From a virus (taxonomy: Duplodnaviria; Caudoviricetes): 26,967 bases of DNA. The notes beneath the pieces are model-generated. The model ran no database searches and had not been told where the DNA came from. It saw only the letters and a list, made by a program, of their open reading frames with translations. The translations under genes and the position numbers were made by a program. Positions 16,948 to 24,930 of the stretch are shown here, in pieces (positions within the stretch are counted from its first letter, which is position 1; the number at the start of each line of letters is the position of its first letter). The stretch is from IMG/VR virus record IMGVR_UViG_3300017784_002570, positions 1-26,967 of that record; one strand, 5' to 3'.

Positions 16948-17679
16948 CTACATTGTAGCAGAGTTTACTGTAGAAATCAACTTGTCTGCAACCAAAACAT
17001 GCCCATCTTCGTTAGGATGGCCGCCGGGCATGATCATCTCCCTATGCTGATTGCCAGGCATGTCTCTGAACCACATTGTGGTTGAAAATCCTGGCCAGAT
17101 TATGGTAGGTAAATCTATGCTGACATCTGCAGGCATGATGTGAAATTGCATGAGTGGTATGTTCTTACGTCCAGCAACGCCATCAAAAAATAGCACAGTT
17201 TGCTGGTAGTTAAGCCTGGCCAATTCTGAGCAGTTGGTTAATACCAGTTGCCGTTTGATCATGTCTCTAAATGGTTCAGGCACCACAGTAGATCCATATT
17301 CAACCCAGGTGCTGTGTATGAATTTGTTCCACGGCGGATCGTTACCAAAACTCACATGATTGGGGTTGTAATGAGTCAGGCGATCAGAATCAGTGTGTCC
17401 AACTAGTACCAGGCATTCTTCAGGATTTGGTTCGTGATCCAGCCACCAAAGAAAAGTCCAAATAGAACTTTGCATTGATCCACCTGGCACGCCAAAGTTT
17501 TCTACAGGCACATCATAGTGTTTGCCCAGGAGTCCCAAGAAGCTGTGTGTGTTTCTGTATGGATCGTTTTGATGCCAACAAGTGTGTGCGTCTTTGTGTT
17601 GACGACTCAATTCAGGATCCAATAACTCATCTCCATACATCCATGAGTCGCCGAACCCCACAATTTTTTTAAATTTCAT
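16948..17679 (-). CDS. SGNH/GDSL-hydrolase-like protein
   Basis: IVGFGDSW, ENFGVPGGS, LVGHTDSDR and GGHPNEDGH. Confidence 0.7.
   Translation of the reverse strand: MKFKKIVGFGDSWMYGDELLDPELSRQHKDAHTCWHQNDPYRNTHSFLGLLGKHYDVPVENFGVPGGSMQSSIWTFLWWLDHEPNPEECLVLVGHTDSDRLTHYNPNHVSFGNDPPWNKFIHSTWVEYGSTVVPEPFRDMIKRQLVLTNCSELARLNYQQTVLFFDGVAGRKNIPLMQFHIMPADVSIDLPTIIWPGFSTTMWFRDMPGNQHREMIMPGGHPNEDGHVLVADKLISTVNSATM
16952..16980 (-). promoter_or_regulatory. Sigma70-type promoter of the primase gene
   Basis: TTGATT, 17 nt ending in TGC, TACAAT, 6 nt, ATG. Confidence 0.7.
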
Positions 17680-18761
17680 CTATAAATTATATTGGTAATA
17701 GCACCAGTTGAAATTGTAACTGATGCAGGAGTATTGGGTGTTGCAGGCCCTGGCGTGTATCCTTGACCGCCATCAATAACATTTATGGCAGACACTTGTC
17801 CACCGGTAATTTCTGCTTCTGCAACTGCTCCGGCACCCAATCCAATGATGGTCACCTTAGGAGGAGCCAAATATCCTGATCCAGAATTAAGGATAGTAAT
17901 GCCAGTTACCACACCATTGGCTGCTTGAGCGTTTGCGGTAGCAGGCGAAACAATGGTTGCACCCGAATAGCTGTCAATTGCTAAACGTAACAATGGATGA
18001 TATCCTGCTACATTAATGTATTCAGATCCAGTTTTGTTGTAGTAAATGTTCAAGTTGCCCACATCATACCATAATGCTTCGTAATTTTCGGCTGCCTGAG
18101 CTTTGACATTGCCTGTAAAATGATCCATGGTCAGCTGAAATGTGGTCAGGCTAGCCCCATTAGTCGGAACTTGGCTGGTATAGCGTTGCGGATTGGGATT
18201 TACGTTTCCTGCTGTTGGCGGATTTAGCGCCCAGTCAGGGTAGTTTCCTGCATTTACAGGATTCATATAAATTTCAGGACCGTATATTGTGGGAATGGTC
18301 ACAGTCTGGCTGGGCACAAACTCCGGCAGCACTGAATCTTGTATGCTGACGTCTGCACGAGCTTGTGCCTGTGCATCCACAAATACTGCTTCGTTAAGAT
18401 TGCCAGATGTGCGATCTATACTGTAGCTGGCTTCTTGAGTGGGGAATTCTGTTGTTTCGGCTGCAGTCAATGTGACTTTGGCACGCCCAAATGGCGCACT
18501 AAGGATAACCATTTCTTTGCTGATTAGTTGCACATCGCCTTCGAGATTGATCAGTCTGAATACAAAAGTGCTGCCAGTAATGTTTACTGGCTTTTGATCT
18601 TGATTTACAAACTCAAACAGGATCACATTGTCGACACCCTTGTTGATTGTTAGTTTTTTTGCGTACACTGGATCCCACCTCCGGTCAAAGTACGCACCAC
18701 TGGTGTCAATTAATAAAACTCGCTGGATTTGTTGATAGATATAAACAGTGGTTGCATACAT
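17676..18761 (-). CDS. Virion structural protein (baseplate/tail type)
   Basis: N-terminal KGVDNVILFEFVNQDQKPVNITG (BppU-like); C-terminal ITILNSGSGY...P.VTI...GAGA.A...GGQGY motif common in tail proteins; TAAATA 5 nt before the ATG. Confidence 0.7.
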   Translation of the reverse strand: MYATTVYIYQQIQRVLLIDTSGAYFDRRWDPVYAKKLTINKGVDNVILFEFVNQDQKPVNITGSTFVFRLINLEGDVQLISKEMVILSAPFGRAKVTLTAAETTEFPTQEASYSIDRTSGNLNEAVFVDAQAQARADVSIQDSVLPEFVPSQTVTIPTIYGPEIYMNPVNAGNYPDWALNPPTAGNVNPNPQRYTSQVPTNGASLTTFQLTMDHFTGNVKAQAAENYEALWYDVGNLNIYYNKTGSEYINVAGYHPLLRLAIDSYSGATIVSPATANAQAANGVVTGITILNSGSGYLAPPKVTIIGLGAGAVAEAEITGGQVSAINVIDGGQGYTPGPATPNTPASVTISTGAITNIIYR

Positions 18762-18766
18762 TATTG

Positions 18767-18808
18767 TATTTAGTATTAGATATATCGGTTGAGTCTGCGT
18801 TATAAATA
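18767..18808. promoter_or_regulatory. Back-to-back late promoters
   Basis: CTAAATA on the minus strand (18772-18767) and a perfect TATAAATA on the plus strand (18801-18808), driving divergent genes. Confidence 0.7.
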
Positions 18809-18823
18809 ACCCGAATACAAAAC

Positions 18824-19201
18824 ATGTCCCAAAATCTATTTAATAAACTAGCAGACAAATATCCGTTTATAACTCTATGCATTTATGCAAATGACGAATA
18901 TGTTGGTATCGTGCAAAACAGGGACGAAGTTATCACCACTATCTATGATTTTGGAGCCATACAGGATCAAGCGCAAAAACTCAAGTACATAGAGCTTGCC
19001 AGCACCTGGTGGTGGGAAAGCAATCGAAGCATTCCAATCAATATATTTCTGCGGGACGAGTGGAAAGAATTTCGAGCCACTTTGCGCACATTTGCCAACA
19101 AAGACTTAGAAATTGTTCATGGGCCTATATGCAGCCTGAACGACATTTTTCGCAAGAAAACCAAACGAAAATCAATTACACTTGTGCGGCGTCTTGATTG
19201 A
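18824..19201 (+). CDS. Hypothetical protein (125 aa)
   Basis: Fills the gap between minus-strand genes; own TATAAATA; WWWESNRSIPINIFL. Confidence 0.75.
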   Translation: MSQNLFNKLADKYPFITLCIYANDEYVGIVQNRDEVITTIYDFGAIQDQAQKLKYIELASTWWWESNRSIPINIFLRDEWKEFRATLRTFANKDLEIVHGPICSLNDIFRKKTKRKSITLVRRLD

Positions 19202-19757
19202 GCAGGTTCATGTGTAATGCTACCAAAGCTGCGTAGGAGACCGAGTGGCTTTTCTTGAATGTGTATCCACGTGAGTCATCTCCGTTCCATACTTCAGCAA
19301 ACACTTCTGTCCAAGAGCGATTCTGTAGATGTGCTTTGCCCGGACGAATAACTGAAATAAACGCTGCCATTCTGGGGATAGAATCTGGTCGCATTGACGC
19401 CATTAAGTCTGCATAATTGCCCACATGCACCAGTTGACTGGCCCAAGCAGTATCAGTCCACAGTCTCTGCCATGGCGGTGCGGCTGCCAGCATTTCAGCA
19501 TAGTGTGCGGGATCACGGATCAACTGATACACACTCATGTTCAGCAAGTCTATCTTGAAGTATCCACGCTGTTCTGCTGACTCATAGTCTATGGCCGCAC
19601 AGCCATTGGGTATATCTTTGGGAATGTCTGTGATGTAGATACCAGAATTATGACGACGCACCTTGCCATCCACAACTTGTCTAGCAGGGGTGTGCTGGAT
19701 CAGCTCTAGTATTCGAGCACGATCCGGAACGTCCAAATCTATATCCGCTTGTTTCAT
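19176..19757 (-). CDS. dnaE: Miniature/split family-C DNA polymerase (DnaE palm-fingers core only)
   Basis: ADIDLD, RHNSGIY, GYFKIDLL, ISVIRPG and YTFKKSHSVSYA, in DnaE motif order. Confidence 0.85.
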   Translation of the reverse strand: MKQADIDLDVPDRARILELIQHTPARQVVDGKVRRHNSGIYITDIPKDIPNGCAAIDYESAEQRGYFKIDLLNMSVYQLIRDPAHYAEMLAAAPPWQRLWTDTAWASQLVHVGNYADLMASMRPDSIPRMAAFISVIRPGKAHLQNRSWTEVFAEVWNGDDSRGYTFKKSHSVSYAALVALHMNLLNQDAAQV

Positions 19758-20383
19758 TTTTCTTTACAATTCTTTCCGTGCCACCTGGTGTAATTTCCTT
19801 CTCCACCAATCATTTTTTTACAATGTTCACATTCTATTAGAGTTAGTTTTTGCCCTTTATTCCAGGCGTTTGTTGATTGTGCAGTTTCTTTTCTTTTTGC
19901 CGACATTAAAATTTTTTCTTCTAGTGTTCTAGGAATACCTTTGTTCCAAGGAGTTTTTCCAGTATTGGCTTTACTAACTGCTTCTTTTACTTTAGTACTT
20001 CTAGGAATACCTTTGTTCCAAGGAGTCCTTCCTTTGTTACAATCTGACGATGCTTGACCCACTAATTTTCTTGCTAATTCATAGAATTTAGAAGTTGGAT
20101 AATATCTAGATTGATCGACTTTGTTCTCTGTCAACATCATGTTAAATGCTTTCCACATTTTATACCTATCTTGGCCTCTGACCATTTTAGTCAATAATAA
20201 ATGTGCAATGAAGTGTTCTTTTGGTAGCAGTTTAATTTTGTTATCTTTAAGATTAGTGCCACCAAGTGATCTAGGAATGATATGATGAGATTCAACGTAT
20301 ATCTCTTTAGGAAGAACTCGATTCTTCCTAGTTGCAATAAGATGTTGATACCATAATGTATATTTGTTGTCAATAAAATTCAT
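19754..20383 (-). mobile_element. Free-standing HNH homing endonuclease with NUMOD3-type repeats
   Basis: ESHHIIPRSLGG.N...N...L..KEHFIAH, PWNKG twice plus AWNKG, C-terminal CEHC...RWHGKNC. Main start is likely 20383 (TAAATA 5 nt upstream); alternative start at 20413. Confidence 0.9.
19927..20026. repeat. Identical 28-nt direct repeat, period 72 nt, encoding TPWNKGIPR
   Basis: TTCTAGGAATACCTTTGTTCCAAGGAGT at 19927-19954 and 19999-20026. Confidence 0.9.
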
Positions 20384-20390
20384 AATAATA

Positions 20391-20430
20391 TTTATCAGCA
20401 ACATCAATATCATAGATACTCTGCGCTCAT
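20391..20430 (-). pseudogene. Frameshifted relic of the mini-dnaE 5' end
   Basis: ATG AGC GCA GA... then GAT ATT GAT GTT GCT GAT AAA in another frame (MSA..DIDVADK), against the intact gene's ADIDLDVPDR. Confidence 0.55.
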
Positions 20431-20780
20431 GTTCTACACAGTGCTACAATGGTTTTTAATTGCTGTTCAGACTCACGAACAGCACCCATGGCATCAGCCA
20501 CAGCAGGATACTGTTCAGCCATGGCACGTGCTTCTTGTTCTTCTTGCATCTTTTCACGTGCCCAGTCTAAGATTGCTTCAGCATCTGGATTCAATCCAAC
20601 ATAGTAAGTGCCCAAGTTAAGCATTTGCCAACTGGTGCCATTGTATACTTCTAGCCGTTGAGTGGCAGTGTTGTATTGTAACTGCCCTACCCCCATGTAA
20701 CCAGCGTTGTTCACATAGTTACTGCCTGGGCCGCCGGTGACTGCCACATACTTGCCAGTTTGACCAATGTTTCCTATCAC
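20427..20780 (-). CDS. Hypothetical protein (117 aa)
   Basis: GTG start; GQLQYNTATQRLEVYNGTSW motif, then a helical tail. Confidence 0.75.
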   Translation of the reverse strand: MIGNIGQTGKYVAVTGGPGSNYVNNAGYMGVGQLQYNTATQRLEVYNGTSWQMLNLGTYYVGLNPDAEAILDWAREKMQEEQEARAMAEQYPAVADAMGAVRESEQQLKTIVALCRT

Positions 20781-20781
20781 G

Positions 20782-21453
20782 TTACCAACCTGCCTTGTTC
20801 AATATATCTTTTGCGTACTCTTGATCAGCAGGATAATTGTGAAACTTCTTTTGCCATACATCTGAGTCAATGTAAGGCCATACCATGCTGATCTGATCAG
20901 GAGAGAGTTCACCCAAGAACTGTTGTCCAGACTCTGAATTATAAATTACCCAAGGTGATATCCTACCTGTTGTGACTGCATAGCACATGGCTGGAGTGCT
21001 GCCGTATCTCAAGCAGTCCTGCGGTTGTGCTGAATTCTTTTCTGCCCAGTCCATTCCAAACTCCACTGCTCGTGCCAGTGCATCGTTTACATTCTCCACG
21101 GGCAAATGCTGTATGAGATATTCTGTGTACAATTGATCTGACGCCCAACGATCAATCTTTTTGTTGTTCTTGAGCAGCCACTCAAGAAACTGTTTGGGAT
21201 TGATAGTTCTTGTGCTCACACAATAGCGGCCAAACTTCACAAAGCCGCGATAGTAAGGCGAGTCAGCAAAGTCATCAAAGGTCTTGAGCTTGGCTGATCC
21301 TTGGCTCATCTCATAAAAACGTATGTAGGCTTGAAAGCCCAGTTCCACCCCACGCTCTGCTCGTTCTTGCCTACGCCGTTTAGGCTCACACACATGCACT
21401 GCCAAAGAAGTTTCTTTAACAAAGTCTTTTTTGCAGAATTGACATTGTGTCAT
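20782..21453 (-). CDS. Zinc-finger-containing hypothetical protein (223 aa)
   Basis: CQFC...F..E..L..HVC at the N-terminus. Confidence 0.75.
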   Translation of the reverse strand: MTQCQFCKKDFVKETSLAVHVCEPKRRRQERAERGVELGFQAYIRFYEMSQGSAKLKTFDDFADSPYYRGFVKFGRYCVSTRTINPKQFLEWLLKNNKKIDRWASDQLYTEYLIQHLPVENVNDALARAVEFGMDWAEKNSAQPQDCLRYGSTPAMCYAVTTGRISPWVIYNSESGQQFLGELSPDQISMVWPYIDSDVWQKKFHNYPADQEYAKDILNKAGW

Positions 21454-21896
21454 TTGGAATCTTCGCCGGAGTCTTTTAAGTATTGTTTGATTTCTTTGTC
21501 AGACACAAGCAACGCCATGACATCTATTTCATCATCTTTGTAGTGAGGATACATGACTGCCAATGCTTTGCGTCGGGCACTAGCACCTGCTTCTTTTTTC
21601 TTGGGCGCAATCCAGTTATGCCTGGGTGTGCCCAAGTCTGGACTCACACTGGTAGCCATAAGCCATTGCAGTTTTGGATGTTTACTTACATTGAAGAAGT
21701 GTTTGTTCAGTCGTTCGTTAGTGGCAATTACATAAAACTCTTGAAGTTCTCTTGAACCTTCTACTGCCGAACCCCAACGTATCATAAGATAGTTAGAAAA
21801 CTTTTTCCGCTCTTCGGCAGTGAGATCGTCATAGAATGATCTAACCTTGCGGTCAAACATCTTCATCTCATTGGCAATGGTCAGTTTATCACTCAT
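21450..21896 (-). CDS. Possible clamp-loader small subunit (gp62-like)
   Basis: FSNYLMIRWGS...ATNERLN...LQW...WIAPKKK pattern, size and replication context. Resemblance judged by eye only. Confidence 0.5.
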   Translation of the reverse strand: MSDKLTIANEMKMFDRKVRSFYDDLTAEERKKFSNYLMIRWGSAVEGSRELQEFYVIATNERLNKHFFNVSKHPKLQWLMATSVSPDLGTPRHNWIAPKKKEAGASARRKALAVMYPHYKDDEIDVMALLVSDKEIKQYLKDSGEDSK

Positions 21897-22189
21897 TGTG
21901 TTTTAGTCAGTTTATAAATCATTATAGCACGTTCCAGTGCATCTTGTAAAGTGGGATTGGTTAGTGCGGCTCTGCGTATTTGTCCCCACAGTTTGTCCTC
22001 CATTAGGTGATCATGTAATGGCCTACCGTCTGAAGTTCTAGCATCATATTCGATTTTGTGTCCGGTTACAGGATCATATGCATAGCCCATTAACTTACGG
22101 TCAGCAGGATCAGCACCAAACTCTCGAGCATACACTTCGTTGCCCACACGTTCATAAATGTATGTGGCGCCTGGTTTAAGGCTGCCCAT
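21893..22189 (-). CDS. Hypothetical protein (98 aa)
   Basis: ORF overlapping both neighbours. Confidence 0.7.
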   Translation of the reverse strand: MGSLKPGATYIYERVGNEVYAREFGADPADRKLMGYAYDPVTGHKIEYDARTSDGRPLHDHLMEDKLWGQIRRAALTNPTLQDALERAIMIYKLTKTQ

Positions 22190-22322
22190 ATTGGTAGCCG
22201 TATTGCAAGTGAGCCCAACGTAAAAAACGTTCTAGGCCTTCACGATCGTCGGGATAACTTTCCAGATACACTCTGGCCAGGCGATTGATAATTTCAAATA
22301 CTTGGGGTTCAGTGTATGGCAT
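22176..22322 (-). CDS. Small hypothetical protein (48 aa), not in the ORF track
   Basis: MPYTEPQVFEIINRLARVYLESYPDDREGLERFLRWAHLQYGYQYGQP; TGATG-coupled to the upstream gene and fills the gap. Confidence 0.7.
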   Translation of the reverse strand: MPYTEPQVFEIINRLARVYLESYPDDREGLERFLRWAHLQYGYQYGQP

Positions 22323-22822
22323 CACCATGCTTTATTGTAGTCCACAATCTCGCAATTGCGGCTGACATCTTTGACAAAATACACACAGTCAGGTTTGTGT
22401 CCTTCGTTAATGGGAACGCATAACATCTGACCATTTTTGAGTTTAGGTGCATACCATGACACTTCTTGATACACGTCAATTATTTCTATTGGCGGAAAGC
22501 TGGGTCTAAAACTTGACAACGGATTGAATTGAAATGCATTGAATCCGCGATCATTGATCGAAGTTAACGGCAGCATTTCTAAGTCGCCAAGGTCTGGTTC
22601 GCCGATTAGTATCTGCCAATCCATGGGCATTTTAATTTTGTGGTCACCAACTTGTAGCACCAGCGCAGGAGCATTGAAACTTTCCAAAAATATCAATGGA
22701 ATATAATGATAGTCTGGGTCTGCTGAATTGCTGTTGTCGAGTATGGCAAATCTCATGTCATCCACTTCTTCTGGTAAGTGATTGAGATTGTATGCCACGT
22801 TGTCTAGGGTAAGTATTTGCAT
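22322..22822 (-). CDS. Hypothetical beta-rich protein (166 aa)
   Basis: First gene after a sigma70-type promoter. Confidence 0.75.
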   Translation of the reverse strand: MQILTLDNVAYNLNHLPEEVDDMRFAILDNSNSADPDYHYIPLIFLESFNAPALVLQVGDHKIKMPMDWQILIGEPDLGDLEMLPLTSINDRGFNAFQFNPLSSFRPSFPPIEIIDVYQEVSWYAPKLKNGQMLCVPINEGHKPDCVYFVKDVSRNCEIVDYNKAW

Positions 22823-22829
22823 ATAAGTA

Positions 22830-22858
22830 ATTTTACAATATTTTATCGATTAAGTCAA
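22830..22858 (-). promoter_or_regulatory. Sigma70-type promoter
   Basis: TTGACT, 17 nt, TAAAAT, 7 nt, ATG. Confidence 0.75.
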
Positions 22859-23479
22859 TGGTTTGTTTAAGATTTCCACAACTTCCGTGGCAAATCTTTT
22901 TTGCCACGCAGGATCGTCAGTATGAAATCCTGGAATCATTTTGAAACCTGAGTAGGTTGCCAAATTGGTGGCGCACATTCTATCACTAAATTCACTCAAC
23001 ATATCAATCACAGTAGGATTAGATGGATACGGCAAAGTAGCACGGTTGTTAAACAATTGATTGAGCGAATAGGCATATGGTATGTTTAATTTTTCACAAG
23101 TCAAAAACAACGATCTAGCTATCACACAAGACTTGAATAAATTTATATCTTCATCTGATGTTGCACGATAGTAATCTGCTGTTAGTCTTTGATCAGGTGT
23201 TAAACGTTGCCAAAAACTACTGGTAAGCCATTCACCGTTGTCGTTGAATTCAACACGGTCATTCATGGTAAATCCTATTACAATTGCATCTGGCTTTTGT
23301 TTTAGACCTTGAAAAAAGTTTCGCGCAATAATAGTGTTAGTACTGCCTGACTCGGAACGCATCAATACATCGTATTCTGGCAACATTTCACTCCAGTGCT
23401 GTCCAGGATATTCTGGATCCGTACGCATGAAACTGTCCCCAACAACTAACAATCGTTTTTTTATTTGATTTTCATCCAT
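22850..23479 (-). CDS. SGNH/GDSL-hydrolase-like protein
   Basis: LLVVGDSF, SESGSTN, IVIGFTMNDR and PGFHTDD. Confidence 0.6.
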   Translation of the reverse strand: MDENQIKKRLLVVGDSFMRTDPEYPGQHWSEMLPEYDVLMRSESGSTNTIIARNFFQGLKQKPDAIVIGFTMNDRVEFNDNGEWLTSSFWQRLTPDQRLTADYYRATSDEDINLFKSCVIARSLFLTCEKLNIPYAYSLNQLFNNRATLPYPSNPTVIDMLSEFSDRMCATNLATYSGFKMIPGFHTDDPAWQKRFATEVVEILNKPLT

Positions 23480-24930
23480 TCTAATTTTTCTTGAGTAAAA
23501 GGATAGTTGGCTTCTTTATAAAATTGTTTGCGTTTGGTCAAATGGCGCTTGGCAAATTTGCAGGTTGATGTTATGTCCCAGATTTGAACATGGTCTTTGT
23601 CTTCTGCTTTTCTTATCCCACGTCCAATGCTTTGGATAACGCGGACAAAACTTTTCCCGGGTTCCACAAGAACCAGATTAAAAATCCTAGGGATATTAAT
23701 ACCCACAGCGGCAACACCATAGGTAGCCACAATAATCTTATCAATGCTGTCAGCCACTTCGTCATATTCTTCTTGTCTCTTTGTTCCTTTTGTTGCTCCG
23801 CTAACAAATACAGATTTGTCACCTAGTCTTGCAACAAGTTGTCGACCACACTCAGTTCTGTCTACTAATACTAGTGTGTTGCCTGTTTCATTCACATGGC
23901 GTATGAGTTCTGCCATGGCATCCAGCCTACCCGACTCTTCCAACAAGTATTTAAGCTCGCTTTGGTAGTCGGAATACTCCACATGATCTTGCAACTGCAC
24001 AATGTTCACATGGCACTGCGCCAGCACCCCTTGTTGTTGTAGTTCGTTGGCACTGAGCTTGCTGATAACAGGGCCCAAGCTCACCAATAAGGCCTGGCTT
24101 TCAAACTTTTCTTTGGGCACAGTACCAGTCAGCCCCCAACGAATTGGCACTCTTGCCATCACACTTGTGAGCAGTGTTTTGAGTGCATCTGCTTTGGCCA
24201 TGTGTACTTCATCTACCATCACACATACTACATCCTCAATAAAGTCCTGTATGGTTGCCACACCTACACCTGCTTTGGTATTCTTCAGCAGTACATTTAG
24301 ACTCTGCCATGTGCATATGGTGTGTGTGCGCCCGTGTTCTTTTCTGTCGCCAAAGTAAACACCCACATCCAGGCCAAGATTAACATAGTCTTTTTCAGTT
24401 TGTGTGACTAGACTCTTGTTGGGCACAATCACAATTGACCTGCCATATGGCTCTATACTGGCACTCAAGGCAGCGGTCATGATTGTTTTGCCTGCACCTG
24501 TGGCCACTTCCTGTATGCATTGTGGATTGGTCAGGAAGTTGTTTACAATCTCTACCTGATAGTCACGCAACAGGATAGGCTCACCTTCTGCTGGATGCCC
24601 TTTGGGCCAAGTCTTGTGTGCAAATGTTTGTTCTGTAACTTGAGCAAATTCAAATACAGTTGAGTATTCTCTTTGATCGTCCAGCTCAATGTCGTAGTTG
24701 TAGCGTTCCAGGATAGGTATGATATCTGGTAACAAATTGGTGTATGTTGATCCACCCAATTGAAAATAACTTACTTTACCGTCCCACCGTCCCAGCCGCA
24801 CTGCTGGCAGGTATCTTGCATAAGGCACGTCATACTTGAACGCATTGACCAGGGCCTTGCGCACATCCAAGTCTATGCCTTCTAGCTTGATGTTTACTTC
24901 ATCTCGAATTTGTATGGTGCATCGTTTCAT
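23461..24930 (-). CDS. uvsW: SF2 DNA helicase, UvsW-like
   Basis: WDGK, LRDYQ, ATGAGKT, VDEVH, GLTGT and QSIGRGIR. Confidence 0.92.
   Translation of the reverse strand: MKRCTIQIRDEVNIKLEGIDLDVRKALVNAFKYDVPYARYLPAVRLGRWDGKVSYFQLGGSTYTNLLPDIIPILERYNYDIELDDQREYSTVFEFAQVTEQTFAHKTWPKGHPAEGEPILLRDYQVEIVNNFLTNPQCIQEVATGAGKTIMTAALSASIEPYGRSIVIVPNKSLVTQTEKDYVNLGLDVGVYFGDRKEHGRTHTICTWQSLNVLLKNTKAGVGVATIQDFIEDVVCVMVDEVHMAKADALKTLLTSVMARVPIRWGLTGTVPKEKFESQALLVSLGPVISKLSANELQQQGVLAQCHVNIVQLQDHVEYSDYQSELKYLLEESGRLDAMAELIRHVNETGNTLVLVDRTECGRQLVARLGDKSVFVSGATKGTKRQEEYDEVADSIDKIIVATYGVAAVGINIPRIFNLVLVEPGKSFVRVIQSIGRGIRKAEDKDHVQIWDITSTCKFAKRHLTKRKQFYKEANYPFTQEKLEWMKIK

Noticed and set aside
15281-20430. Group I introns or inteins housing the two endonucleases
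   Set aside because: Flanking non-coding DNA is too short for a ribozyme core, and neither ORF is fused in-frame within a host protein.
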